Positions 1-12,034 are shown, counted from the stretch's first letter. The stretch: DNA of 46,733 nucleotides from Octopus bimaculoides (GCF_001194135.2 NC_069000.1:37628273-37675005), one strand, 5' to 3'. Numbers and translations: made by a program. The notes: generated from the letters alone by a model not told the origin.

Positions 1-76
1 CTTAAATGATCTTCCGATTTCAAATCCTACTGGCTTCAACTCTGCCTAAGAAATTAAGAAATTATTATCATTATTA

Positions 77-434
77 TTAGCTCTGCCTTAGTGATGGCGG
101 AGGTATTGTTTTCAGTCTTGTCTGTAGACAAGATATCTCAAGAACTGCTGAATTGATTCAGATGAAACTTTCAGGGATGTTTGGCCTCGTGACTGGCACA
201 AACTAATTAGATTTTGGGATCGATCCAGTACCAGACAAGGATTCTGGATTATTTTTCCTGTTTTTTTTTTTACTTAATTTTTGAGAGCGGTCGGGTTCAT
301 TTTTAGTATTCGCATTTGTGAGAGCAGTCAAGTTTATTTTAGATGTTCTCATTTTAAAAATCATCTCCAGCTAATCGTTGAGAGGATGCTGGTGTTGCCT
401 TGGCAGAGGTTTGTGCTCTCTGAGTGCTCTTGTT
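77..434 (-). mobile_element. Non-autonomous DNA element with terminal GC hairpin (Helentron/DINE-1-like; classification uncertain)
   Basis: One end has the hairpin ctctgcc..ggcggagg; the other end (acaagagcactcagagag...) recurs in opposite orientation at 17882-18010. Confidence 0.5.
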
Positions 435-699
435 ATTATTATAGTCAATCTACTAAAGTCCTGAAAAAAATCAACAGGATTTGTTTAACTGCAATCAATA
501 ATGACTGAGATAAGTTCATAGCAATATTAACCTCATTTTGAAAGTGAAAGTAAAAGTAGTCACTTAGTGTTTTTTTTTTTTGTTTGTCAGAATGTTAATA
601 AAATAAGAGGAAAAGTGGAAAATACAAGTGACTGATAAAAATAATTCCATTGAAATAAAACAAAATAATACAAACAGGAAAAAAATGGTAGAACAAAAC

Positions 700-746
<47 letters not shown>

Positions 747-1478
747 TGGAATAAGGATTGGTAAGCATGAAAAACAAAGGAAACAAGCATTAAAAATGGA
801 ATGAAACATTATGTTTATTTTTTTTTTCTTATATTCATTCAGGCTGCTTCTCAACTACATGGTCTCAAGTTCAATCCCACTACATGACACCTTGGGCAAG
901 TGTCTTCCACTATAGCCCTGGATTTACCATATCCTTATGAGTATATTTGATAGATGGAAACTGAAAGAAGTCCATTTTATACATACGTATATCTATACAT
1001 ACACATATCTGTGTATGTATATATAAGTGTATAAATATGTATGTGTATAAATGTAGATGTATATGTGTACATTTATAAATGTCTATGAGTTACTGTGTCT
1101 TTGCCTTGGCATCATGTGATAGTTGTAAATGAGTGCCACTGTTATGCAAGCGGTGTCCTTCATTCTGAATCTTCTGTGAAAAGCAGGTCTTGTCATGGGG
1201 AAATATTACCTTACTTGAAAACAGGCGAGGGTTGGTGACAGGCAGGGCATCTGGCCCTTTTCTAGAGAAAAAAAAAATCCACCTCAAAAAATTCTGTCTG
1301 ACCCATGTAAGCATGGAAAAGTGGACATTAAAATGATGATTATAAATTCTTCCATGTGCAAACTTGGACATTTGTGTAGCAAAAGGCTAAAAAAAAAAAA
1401 AAAATGCAGAGATACTGGAGCTCAGCACTATTCCAGTATCATTCTAGTGCGAAGAGTAATAGTGGCTATGTTATTCTG

Positions 1479-1828
1479 TCATTTTTGAGCGTGATCGTTA
1501 CCAGCATTGTCCTCCTGGCACTTGTGCCAGTGGCATGTGAAAAAACATTCGAGTGAGGTCGTTGCCAGTGCCGCTGGATTGGTTCCTGTGCAGGTGGCAC
1601 GTAAAAAACACCATTTTGAGCGTGACCGTTGCCAGTGCCGGTGGCACGTAAAAGCACCCACTACACTTTCGGAGTGGTTGGCGTTAGGAAGGGCATCCAG
1701 CTGTAGAAACTTTGCCAGATCAGATTGGAGCCTGGTGCAGCCATCTGGTTTGCCAGTGCTCAGTCAAATTGTCCAACCCATGCTAGCATGGAAAGCGGAC
1801 ATTAAACGATGATGATGACGATGATGAT
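1479..1828 (+). mobile_element. Non-autonomous retroposon family 5 with internal subrepeats and RTE-like 3' tail
   Basis: Repeated gttgccagt..gtggcacgtaaaa units, then ggaagggcatccagctgtagaaac...gcggacattaaacgatgatg. Copies at 7805-8125, 9371-9540, 14520-14752 (+); 3872-4050, 11213-11530, 12197-12370, 39628-39930 (-). Confidence 0.85.
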
Positions 1829-2466
1829 TAACTAGTATACTATGTAAGGAGCTAGTTAAATACTGAATTATTCTTTAATCTTTGTGTCTAGCTATAGACA
1901 CTGGTTAGATGGACACAAAGCTCTTTAACTTGCCCAGACTATTTCTTTTCTTAAAAGGTTTTACTCAGCTCAGTTTTCAAGCTTGTCAATAATAATCCAA
2001 ATATGTTAAGCATTTCTATTCCTGGTCAAGTGATAATCAGTCTAGCTATTATGGTGTTGCACTGAAAAAAATCACACGATTGTGGTTTCGATGCCTGGAC
2101 CAGGTAGTGTGCGTTGTGCTCCTGAGCAAAGCACTTCAGTCCACGTCACTCCAGTTCATTTGGCCATAAAGTAGACCTGTGACAGACTGGCATCCTGTTC
2201 TGGAGGAGTGTTGAAATCTTGCTCACTTATGTAACTTGGAAACTAGTTCTATGAGTCTTAGGACTTAAAACGATAATGTGGAAGATGATGATAATGGTAA
2301 TGAGAAAATTATTTTATTTAAAATGAATGGACCCACAGTGTACATAAATACACATTGCTTAAAAGGACCCAATGTTCTCTGTCATGCTTTCTTTCTCATA
2401 AAAGTTTCTGCTCTGTTCAATCTTCAAGCTGCATTCTATTCTGGTTCAAATATATATTCTTTCTTC

Positions 2467-2760
2467 GGTGATCTTTCGATACCAGTATGAAATATCGGCC
2501 TTTTCTGTAAAAAAGTGTCTTCGGCAACCTTTACCAAAGATCGGCCTTTTCTGTAACACCCGCACGATCATCACTAGGATGTTAGGGTTACGGTTTTAGT
2601 GTTAGGGTTACGGTTAGGGACAGAATTCCCTAACCTTAAAACCCTAAACCCTTCAAAAGAAATCGTGCTCTCTGTATCTTTTTCGCTTTTACGACATCGT
2701 TTCCCTCCAACACTTTTTACAGAAAAGGCCAATATTTCGTACTGGTATCGAAAGATCGCC
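2467..2760. mobile_element. MITE with ~52-bp TIRs, GG termini, 8-bp TSD and telomere-like core (Merlin-like)
   Basis: TIR ggtgatctttcgataccagtatgaaatatcggccttttctgtaaaaaagtgt and its near-perfect reverse complement; TSD CTTTCTTC at 2459-2466 and 2761-2768. Confidence 0.85.
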
Positions 2761-2917
2761 CTTTCTTCTCCATAAAGCAACATTTATATTGATAGCCTAA
2801 AGATAACCAATGAGCATATTCATTTCTTGAAGATGAAGGGACAATGCCCATAATCATTCTGGGTCTCCAGCCACTTGTGAGATTGATATGGTTGACGTTC
2901 AATTTGAACATCTTCAA

Positions 2918-3131
2918 CCCTTTAGCATTCAAATTACTCTGTCAAAATGTAAGGCTAATTAATCCACAAATTAATCAATGTTTTATCTCATAGCTTTGAA
3001 ATTTCAATGATGTGATAGCCTATATTTAGAATGACATTGTAGGGTAGATGTGAGAGGCCAAATGTGGCCAGTTTGAACGTAAGACAGGTAGAATGTTTGA
3101 GCTGGATATGGCTTGTGAAAATGCTAAAGGG
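2918..3131. mobile_element. piggyBac-type MITE
   Basis: t(c)aa|CCCTTTAGCATT ... AATGCTAAAGGG|ttaa. Confidence 0.75.
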
Positions 3132-4529
3132 TTAAGTCGACAACTGCAAGAAAAGACTTATACTGTGATAACATTTTGAGGCAGACAGACTTGGAGTATC
3201 AGTTAGTGCAGGTGTTGTGTGTATGAAGGAGAGGGAGAGGGGGGGAACACAGAATTAGTAATGAGAAACAGGTGTGTCATGCAAGCCTAGATGGAGGTTG
3301 GTATGCAGCTAGCAAGCGCCAACAAGTAGAAGTTCAATAACAAAAAAAAAAAAAAAAAATTTAATATGTGTCATGTCTTGAAAAATTAATAACTACCACC
3401 TGGAGCCCACATCAAACATGTAAGGAGTTGATAGTCTGAGAATGACAGAAATGAAAAAAAAAAGAGAAAGTATGAGAGAGAGAGGGGGAGTATGTGAAGT
3501 GGTGAGAAAAGAAGATACATATAGTGATAAACAGGACCAAAGAGAAAGAAAAGAAAATTATTATAAGAAGCAATGTGCTCAATGAGGTGCAGCATTGGTG
3601 GGTGTAATACTAAGACAGAGATTCAGCACTGTGGTGGCAGCAGAGAATTTGGTGATAGATACATCTAGCCTCATTTATCACTGATCCAGGTAACTCGGTA
3701 TGCTCAATTGTAAACTCAATTGCTTATTGCAAACTGATCTGCGATAACATGAGTTGCTAATCAGTCAAATATTCTGCTTGGACAGCAAAAGCATGCCCCA
3801 GTGACTCTCCATAATGCTTGAGACAACTTGGGGTCATAAAATGAAACCCATTTTCACTGTCTGTTCTCATTATCATTTAGTGCCCACTTTCCATGTTGGC
3901 ATGGGTAAGATGGTTTGACTGGAACTGGTAAGCCAGAGAGCTGCACCAGGCTCCAGTCTTTTGGCTTGGTTTCTATGGCTGGATGCCTTTCCTAATGCCA
4001 GCCACTCCATAGAGTGTACTAAGAGCCTTTTACATGTCACTGGCATGGTATCATTTATCATTGATTCATTTCACATGGTGTTGTTTTGGAACCAAACATC
4101 CATGACAAAAGTGGATAGATGTATTAAATACATGATGTTTGAAAAAAAAAAAACACACAAAAAAGCAAAGTGCTTATGACTAAACAATTGCAGAAAACAT
4201 AGCAACACTAGTGAGGAGGTCTTCATGTTGTGTGTGAAGTTCTAATGAACCTAGAGGAACGATTCATTTCCAAATAGATGAATATGTAGAGGAATGAGAT
4301 TATGAAATTTGAGAGTGGGAAACATGAGAAATTGTGTTATCTATGCCATTTACTATGGGTATGGTCATAGCTGTGTAATTAAGAAGCTTGCTTCCCAACT
4401 ATGTGGTCTTGGGTTCAGTTCCACTGCACAGTACCTTGGGCGAGTGTCTTCTACAACTCCAGGCTGACCAAAGACTTGCGAGTGGATTTGGTAGACAGAA
4501 ACAGAAAGCTCATCATATATATATATATA

Positions 4530-4718
4530 TGTATTGTTCAAAACAGTTTGATCTGGATTCTGTACTACTTAAAGTTTCAAAGCCCCTGATAGGTACTTTC
4601 CTCAAGCCAGCGAAAATCCAAAGATCTGGATTTCCACTGGCCTGAAAAAAGGTCCCATCAGGGGACTTTGAAACTTTAAGTAGCATGGAATATGAATCAA
4701 ACTGTTTTGAACAATACA
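4530..4718. repeat. 189-bp imperfect palindrome (foldback)
   Basis: Arms of about 90 bp, loop AAGATC; mirrored ORFs on both strands (MYCSKQFD..LLKVSK). Confidence 0.9.
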
Positions 4719-5387
4719 CCTAACTCCCAATAAATATGTTGAGTGCCCTTTCTTTCATTTGTCCATTCACTTGTATGTGTGTGTGTATATATATATATAT
4801 AGATGTATATATACATCTATGTCTATGTATCTTAGACCCCTAACATTGCTTGACAACCAGTTGTAACTTAGTGCTTTTGACAGATAAGTAAGCACGGTTA
4901 AAAGTATGTACTGATGGGAGTGGGGAGATCGATTTGTTTGAGTAAACCCCACAAAGTAGTGACCCATCATGGATTGGATGCAGTCTAATGACTGAAGCGA
5001 GTAAAAGATGCCCTTTTGGAGAACAAAGTAAAATTCCCTACTCAAATAGAAAACTAGGTCCAACTGTAAACTTTTAAAAAAACTTACCATCTTTCTACAG
5101 CACTCGGGCAAAAGAGTAGAAGGTTTAATTAAGGTGCGAATTAGTATAACTATTCCAAACTTCTGTAACTGCAACACTAGTATTCTTTAACATTTTTGTT
5201 ATTTTGTGAGAATACTTAAGGCAGAATGTATTAAAATCTAATTTGTTTTACTACACAAAAGAATTCTGTTTCAATATACAAAAAAAAAAAAAAAAAAATT
5301 TCTAAAGTTATTTTCTTTTTTCAAAAGATATTATCATACACATTAAGCTCTCAAATTTGAGCAGATTTAATTTGATACCAAAACACT

Positions 5388-5393
5388 TTTATT
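5388..5393 (-). terminator. Candidate SEH1 polyadenylation signal AATAAA
   Basis: Plus-strand tttatt about 300 nt past the stop codon; motif only. Confidence 0.4.
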
Positions 5394-5688
5394 CAAACAT
5401 TTAACAGATGGAAATTTTTTCTTCAGCAGCAAACTCTTCCAAAGAGATAATGCATGCATTAGCTTTTCCTGCTAAGCATACCCTCCAATATTTAACACAC
5501 ATTATTATTATTAGTAGTAGTAGTAATAACTGATCAAAATAATGCATGGATGTTTTTTTTGCTTTTTTTTTGGAGGCAGGATGATGGAAAGAATATGATA
5601 AAAGTTAGCAGGAAAGGATAAAAAAATCGGTTTGGTAATGTGGGTTGAAAGAATAACAGTTTAAAAAGGTGGGGGGATATGCAAAAAA

Positions 5689-5879
5689 TTAGGTTGTGGC
5701 ACCCCCAGAGTTTCCTACAGGGACCACCCTGTAGTACCTTTTGTTAGATCCAGGTCCCGCTGATAAACTTGATGTTGCAATCGGAGACAAATCAGACTTC
5801 GACTGACCAAATTCGCAGATTGTTTGAGGTATGTCACCAACTAATACTGATATGCATTTCCAGTTACGAAGATAATTAG
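5689..5879 (-). CDS. SEH1L: SEH1 coding exon 9 (terminal, read-through form)
   Basis: tttcag|CT+NYLRNWKCISVLVGDIPQTICEFGQSKSDLSPIATSSLSAGPGSNKRYYRVVPVGNSGGATT*; matches ANYMDNWKC; stop TAA at 5691-5689. Confidence 0.88.
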
Positions 5880-6048
5880 CTGAAATAAAATAAAAATAAT
5901 AATAATAATAATGATGATGATGATTTCAAATTTTGGCATGGGGCCAACAATTCTGGGGAGGGGATAAGTCGATTACATCGACCCCAGTATTCAACTGGTA
6001 CTTATTTTATCAACCCACAAAGGATATAAGGCAAAGCTGACCTTGACG

Positions 6049-6081
<33 letters not shown>

Positions 6082-6302
6082 TAATAATAATCCTTTCCAC
6101 TGGCGGCACAAGGTCTCAAATTTGTGAGGAGGGGTCTAGTCGATTACATCGACCCTAGTTTGTCACTGGCACTTAATTTATTGACCCCATACGATAAAAG
6201 GCAAAGTCAACCTTGGCGGAATTTGAACTCAGAATGTAGCGACGGATGAAACGCCACTAAGAATTTTGCCTAGTGCGTTAATGATTCTGCCAGCTCACCA
6301 CC

Positions 6303-6341
<39 letters not shown>

Positions 6342-7046
6342 GTGGTTTAAAATTTTTCCACAAAGGCAACCAATTTTGGGGAGGAAATGAGTCGATTACA
6401 TCAGCCCCAGTGTTTCACTGGCAATTAATTTATCGACCCCCAAAAAGATGAAAGGCAAAGTCAACCATGGCGGAATTTGAACTCAGAGTGTAGCAACGGG
6501 TGAAAAACCATTAAGCATTTTGCCTGGCATGCTAACGATTCTGCCAGCTCACTGCCTTAATAATAATAAAAAAATTCAACATACAGGTGCAGGAGTGGCT
6601 GTGTGGTAAGAAGCTTGCTTCCCAACCACATGATTTCAGGTTCAGTCCCACTGTAAGGCCCCTTGGGCAAGTGTCTTCTACTACAGCCTTAGACTGACCA
6701 AAGCCTTGTGAATGGATTTAGTAGATGGAAACTGGAAGAAGCCGGTCACATATATATATATGTGTATGTCTGTGTTTGCCCCCACCACCGCTTGACAACA
6801 GGTGCTGGTGTGTTTACATCCCCGTAACTTAGTGGTTCAGCAAAAAAGACTGATTGAAAAGTACCAGGCTTAATAAAATTTTAAAAAAGGCCTGGGGTCG
6901 ATTCGTTTGACTAAAGTGTCCTTTTCAAAAGAAAGACAGAAGCCCTGGAGTCAATTTGTTCAACTCAATGTCTTTGAGGCGGTGCCCAGCATGGTTTCAA
7001 TCAACTGATTCAAAAAACAATAAAAGATTAACAGAAAGATAATTAC

Positions 7047-7093
7047 CTTTCCAAAGTCTAACTTTGCCATCATCACCAGAAGATGCCAAAATA
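7047..7093 (-). CDS. SEH1L: SEH1 coding exon 8 (3' part only; the rest lies in the N-gap 7094-7631)
   Basis: ILASSGDDGKVRLWK+G|gtaatt matches Seh1 VLASSGDDGCVRLWK; runs directly into the gap. Confidence 0.92.
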
Positions 7094-7631
7094 NNNNNNN
7101 NNNNNNNNNNNNNNNNNNNNNNNNNNNNNNNNNNNNNNNNNNNNNNNNNNNNNNNNNNNNNNNNNNNNNNNNNNNNNNNNNNNNNNNNNNNNNNNNNNNN
7201 NNNNNNNNNNNNNNNNNNNNNNNNNNNNNNNNNNNNNNNNNNNNNNNNNNNNNNNNNNNNNNNNNNNNNNNNNNNNNNNNNNNNNNNNNNNNNNNNNNNN
7301 NNNNNNNNNNNNNNNNNNNNNNNNNNNNNNNNNNNNNNNNNNNNNNNNNNNNNNNNNNNNNNNNNNNNNNNNNNNNNNNNNNNNNNNNNNNNNNNNNNNN
7401 NNNNNNNNNNNNNNNNNNNNNNNNNNNNNNNNNNNNNNNNNNNNNNNNNNNNNNNNNNNNNNNNNNNNNNNNNNNNNNNNNNNNNNNNNNNNNNNNNNNN
7501 NNNNNNNNNNNNNNNNNNNNNNNNNNNNNNNNNNNNNNNNNNNNNNNNNNNNNNNNNNNNNNNNNNNNNNNNNNNNNNNNNNNNNNNNNNNNNNNNNNNN
7601 NNNNNNNNNNNNNNNNNNNNNNNNNNNNNNN
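7094..7631. other. Assembly gap; others at 12563-12807, 13695-14519, 29984-30455, 38450-38935, 40629-40939, 42470-42479
   Basis: N runs, mostly flanked by SINEs or microsatellites. Confidence 1.
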
Positions 7632-8410
7632 TCTGTGCTGCATCTCAGTGAACAGGTCGTGGTCTCAAAGCGACGAAAATATTTTGACAAATTAAATTTA
7701 AATGTTGAAGTGAATCTAACGGATTTTGTGTGTTATTTTAAATGGCTTATAAACACCTTCCACGCTGCAATTGTTATATATATATATATATTGGCCCATA
7801 AATAGCACCATTTGAGTGTAATTGTTACCAGTGGTGCCTTCTAGCATTTGTGCTGGTGGCACGTTAGAAAATCATTCGAGCGAGGTCATTGCCAGTGCCA
7901 CTGGACTGGCTCCCATGCAGGTGGCACATAAAAAACACCTTTTTGAGCGTGGCTGTTGCCAGTACCGTGTGACTGGCCCTCGTGCCGGTGGCATGTAAAA
8001 GCACCCACTACACTCTCGGAGTGGTTGGCGTTCAGATTGGTTCCTGGTGCAGCCTTCTGGCATGCAAGTTCTCAGTCAAATCGTCCAACCCATGCTAGCA
8101 TGGAAAGTGGACGTTAAACGATGATATCTCAGGCATGTGCCGTCAGTAATTATTCGGGGTAGGCAGTTGGTGACATTCATGTAGTAAAATACACACACAC
8201 AAAAAAAAAAATAAGCGAAACACAGTTGAGTTGGAGGCAGATTTACTTCTGCCTCTATAGTACGTAAAGAAAACGTTGTTGTAGGAATGCACGCAGCACG
8301 TGTACTACAGCAATGCCATACGTATCTTTAATACTTAGATTGAGAGGCAGGGGTGAATTATGCCTACCTAATCTACAAAAAAAAAAAAAATATTTTGTAA
8401 TTTATGCATA

Positions 8411-8810
8411 GGCATAGGAGTGGCTGTGTGGTAAGTAGCTTGCTTACCAACCACATGGTCCCGGGTTCAGTCCCACTGCGTAGCATCTTGGGCAAGTGTC
8501 TTCTACTATAGCCTCGGGCCGACCAATGCCTTGTGAGTGGATTTCGTAGACGGAAACTGAAAGAAGCCTGTCGTATATATGTATATATATATGTGTGTGT
8601 GTGTGTGTGTTTGTCCCTCCAACATCACTTGACAACCGATGCTGGTGTGTTTATGTCCCCGTAACATAGCGGTTCGGCAAAAGAGACCGATAGAATAAGT
8701 ACTAGGCTTCCAAAGAATAAGTCCTGGGGTCGATTTGCTCGACTAAAGGCGGTGCTCCAGCATGGCCACAGTCAAAAGACTGAAACAAGTAAAAGAGTAA
8801 AAAAGAGTAA
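8411..8810 (+). mobile_element. tRNA-derived SINE family 1 (full copy, central microsatellite)
   Basis: A-box TGGCTGTGTGG, B-box GGTTCAGTCC, (TA)n(TG)n core, tail aagtaaaagagtaaaa. Further copies near 845, 4375, 6583, 9183, 10201, 13498, 22130(-), 29470(-), 36240(-), 45125. Confidence 0.9.
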
Positions 8811-10366
8811 TCAGAGTAACCTTCATAATTTTATTGAATTTGGCCATATTAAGAGAGAAAAAGAGAGAGAGACTTCCAGTAGATATGAATGCATCTGCTA
8901 CTTAACAATTGTGATATTTATTACGATTCAGCATCATTATCATTTGATGCCGACTTCTTCATGTTTGCATGGGTCAGGCAGGGAGCTATTTCTATAGCCA
9001 GATATGCCCTTCCTATAACCAGCCTTTGCCGGTTTCCAAGCAAGACAATATCTGGCCAGACATGTTTCCCATGGAAGACTGGAAACAGATGACAGCCACA
9101 ACATCACTTGTATGACTGTGATGTTAGTTTAAAACCACTAGGTAATGTCAAGACATTAGTATACACAAACATACACATACGTAGGTACAGGAGTGGCTGT
9201 GTGGTAAGAAGCTAGCTTCCCAACCACATGGTTCCAGGTTCAGTCTCACTATGCAGCACCTTTAGCAAGTTTCTTCTACAATCACCTAGGGCCGACCAAA
9301 GCCTTGGTAGTGGATTTGGTAGATAGAAACTGAAAGAAGCGCATCGTGTGTATATATATATATATATATAAGCACCCACTACACTCTCTGAGTGGTTGGC
9401 GTTAGGAAGGGCATCCAGCTGTAGAAACTCTGCCAAATTAGACTGGAGCCTGGTGTTGCCATCCGGTTTCACCAGTCCTCAGTCAAATCGTCCAACCCAT
9501 GCTAGCATGGAAAGCGGACATTAAACGATGATGATGATATATATATATATATATGTATATATCTATGTATGTGTGTGTGTGTGTTTATGTCCCTGTGACT
9601 TAGTGGTTTGGCTAAAGAGATCGATAGAATAAATACCAACTTTAAAAAATAAAAAGTACAGGGGTCGATTTATTCGACTAAAATTCTTCAATGCGGTGCT
9701 CCAGCATGGCCACAATCCAATGACTGAAACAAGTACAAGAATAAAAGAATACATGACAGGCTTGTTTCATTCTCCATCTACCACACCCATTCATGAAGTA
9801 TCGATCAATCTGGGGGTTATAGTAAGAAGACACATGCCCAAACAACTGTGCAGTGGGACTGAACCTGAGACCAGACTGTCAGAAAACAACCTGTGCCTGC
9901 ATAATAATTGCTATTTAATCGTTAGTGGCAGTTTCAGTCAGGTCATTTTTGTTTATCTGCTAACAACTTATCTCGTACCCTGTAATACATACAACATTAT
10001 TTCACTGTCTATTTTATCTGATACAAACATGATTTTTAACCTATATTTTCATATATACCTAGAAATAATTTCTGTACTTTCACCTAAGATAATAATAGCA
10101 ATCATTTTCATTAAACTTACATCTCTGATATAGAATATTGTAGATAGTAATGATGAATTACTATCTATTTATTGTCCTTATTGTTAAATTTTTTCAACAA
10201 GCAGGCGTAGCTGTGTGGTAAGTAGTTTGCTTACCAACCACATGGTTCTGGGTTCAGTCCCACTGCGTGGCACCTTGGGCAAGTGTCTTCTGCAATAGCC
10301 TCGGGCAGACCAAAGCCTTGAGTGGATTTGGTAGACGGAAACTGAAAGAAGCCCATCGTATATATG

Positions 10367-10415
<49 letters not shown>

Positions 10416-11893
10416 CTGTGTTTGTCCCCCCAACTTTGCTTGACAACCTATGCTGGTATGTTTACGTCCCCATAACTTAGCGGTTCGGCATAAATTACAC
10501 TGGTGGAAAATTTTCTACGATGAATTTTATTTAGCAAATTGATTATTTACCTGATGCTCATGATCATCAAATTGGCCAATTAAACAAATCTCATAAGTTG
10601 TGTTGTAGTCTGAATGACTTTCATGTCTGAAAGAGAACAGTTTTTCAGTTAAAACAAGCCACGTTGCCATAGCAATATAAACCAAGTTTCATTATCATCA
10701 CAACTCTTCTATATTCCTTTTTTATCAACTGACATAAATTAGCTAAATCTGTATTACTACATACCATCAATTTAATTAGATGCTCTGGAATGCTAAGGAG
10801 GATCCCTAGAAACAGTTGATAGTTTCTGTTATCTAGGTGACCTAATTGGCGATGGAGAAGGAGGCTCTGGAAGTGATCTCACACCTCACATGTCTCACTA
10901 TTTCTTTCCAGATGGGGAAGCCATGTACTGTTCACCCCTTCAGTAAGACACAAGATCCTTGCTCCTGTCCCTCTATCCTAGTTTCCTCCCCCAGTTCTAT
11001 ACCCAACTTGGTAAAAAGCATTCAGTACATATTAGGAAAAGCATCCAGCTGTAGAAAACATACCAAAGCAGACATTACGACTTGGCACAGCCCACTAGCT
11101 TGTCTGTTCATGTTGAACCATCTAACCCAAGCCAGCATCAAAAATGAGATGTTAAATGATGTTAATGAGAATCCCGACACCTCTCAGGCTGGCTCTACTA
11201 TTAATCATCATCATCATCATCATCATCATCAGTTAATGTCTGTTTTCCATGTTGGCAAGGGTTGGATGGTTTGACTGAAAACTGGTAAGCTGCATAAGGT
11301 TCCACTCTGAGTTGGCATGGTTTCTACAGTCGGATGCCTTTCCTAATGCCAACCACTCCAAGTATGTAGTGGGTGCTTTTTACATGCCACTGGCAAGGGT
11401 GCCAGTTACACAATACCGGCATCGACCACGACTATGATCTCACTTGGCTTAACAAGTCTTCTCAAGCACAGCATATTGCCAAAGGTCTTAGTCACTTGTC
11501 ACTGCTTCCGCGAGGCCCACGACACTGGCATCAATATTTTACACAAGCAGCTGCACTCCCAGATGCCAATCATTCCTATTATATCATCATCATTGTCATA
11601 GGGTCCACTTTCCTGTGCTTGCAGGGGTCAGAAAGTGTTTACTGAGGCAGGATTTATACGGCCAGATGCCCTTCCTGTTGCCAACTCTTATCTGTTTCTA
11701 AGCAAGGTAATATTTCTCCAAGGCCAGACATGCTTTCACAGAATATCAGAAATGAACGACACTGCTTGTATGACAGTGACATTCATTTACAACTATAATA
11801 CAATATCAAGACACACAGAGACAGACATGCGCACACACCCACACGACGGGATTTTATTGCACAAAAAAGAAAACATATGTAAAAGAGTATTAC

Positions 11894-12034
11894 TTGATTG
11901 GTGACATTTGAAATATGTGCAAGTCTTTTGATGCCACTGCTAGTAAATGATATGATCGTCCAAAATTGGGAGAAAATGCCAAGTCATGAACTGAATCAGT
12001 TGGTACACTGAGTGTCTGGAGTTTGTTCCAAGAC
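11894..12034 (-). CDS. SEH1L: SEH1 coding exon 7
   Basis: ttgcag|G+SWNKLQTLSVPTDSVHDLAFSPNFGRSYHLLAVASKDLHIFQMSPI+AA|gtaata; 141 nt, phase 2-2. Confidence 0.95.

Noticed and set aside
564-854. Poly-Phe ORFs and the ~41-nt A-run at 705-745 as a retrocopy tail
   Set aside because: Homopolymer translation; no upstream coding homology or TSD found.
1479-1700. Repeated gtggcacgtaaaa units as a CRISPR-like array
   Set aside because: Eukaryotic context; the intervening sequences are themselves repeated in every family-5 copy, so they are not unique spacers; no cas genes.
2575-2650. TTAGGG tracts as an interstitial telomere or chromosome-fusion scar
   Set aside because: Short, degenerate and enclosed by TIRs with a TSD, so transposon-borne.
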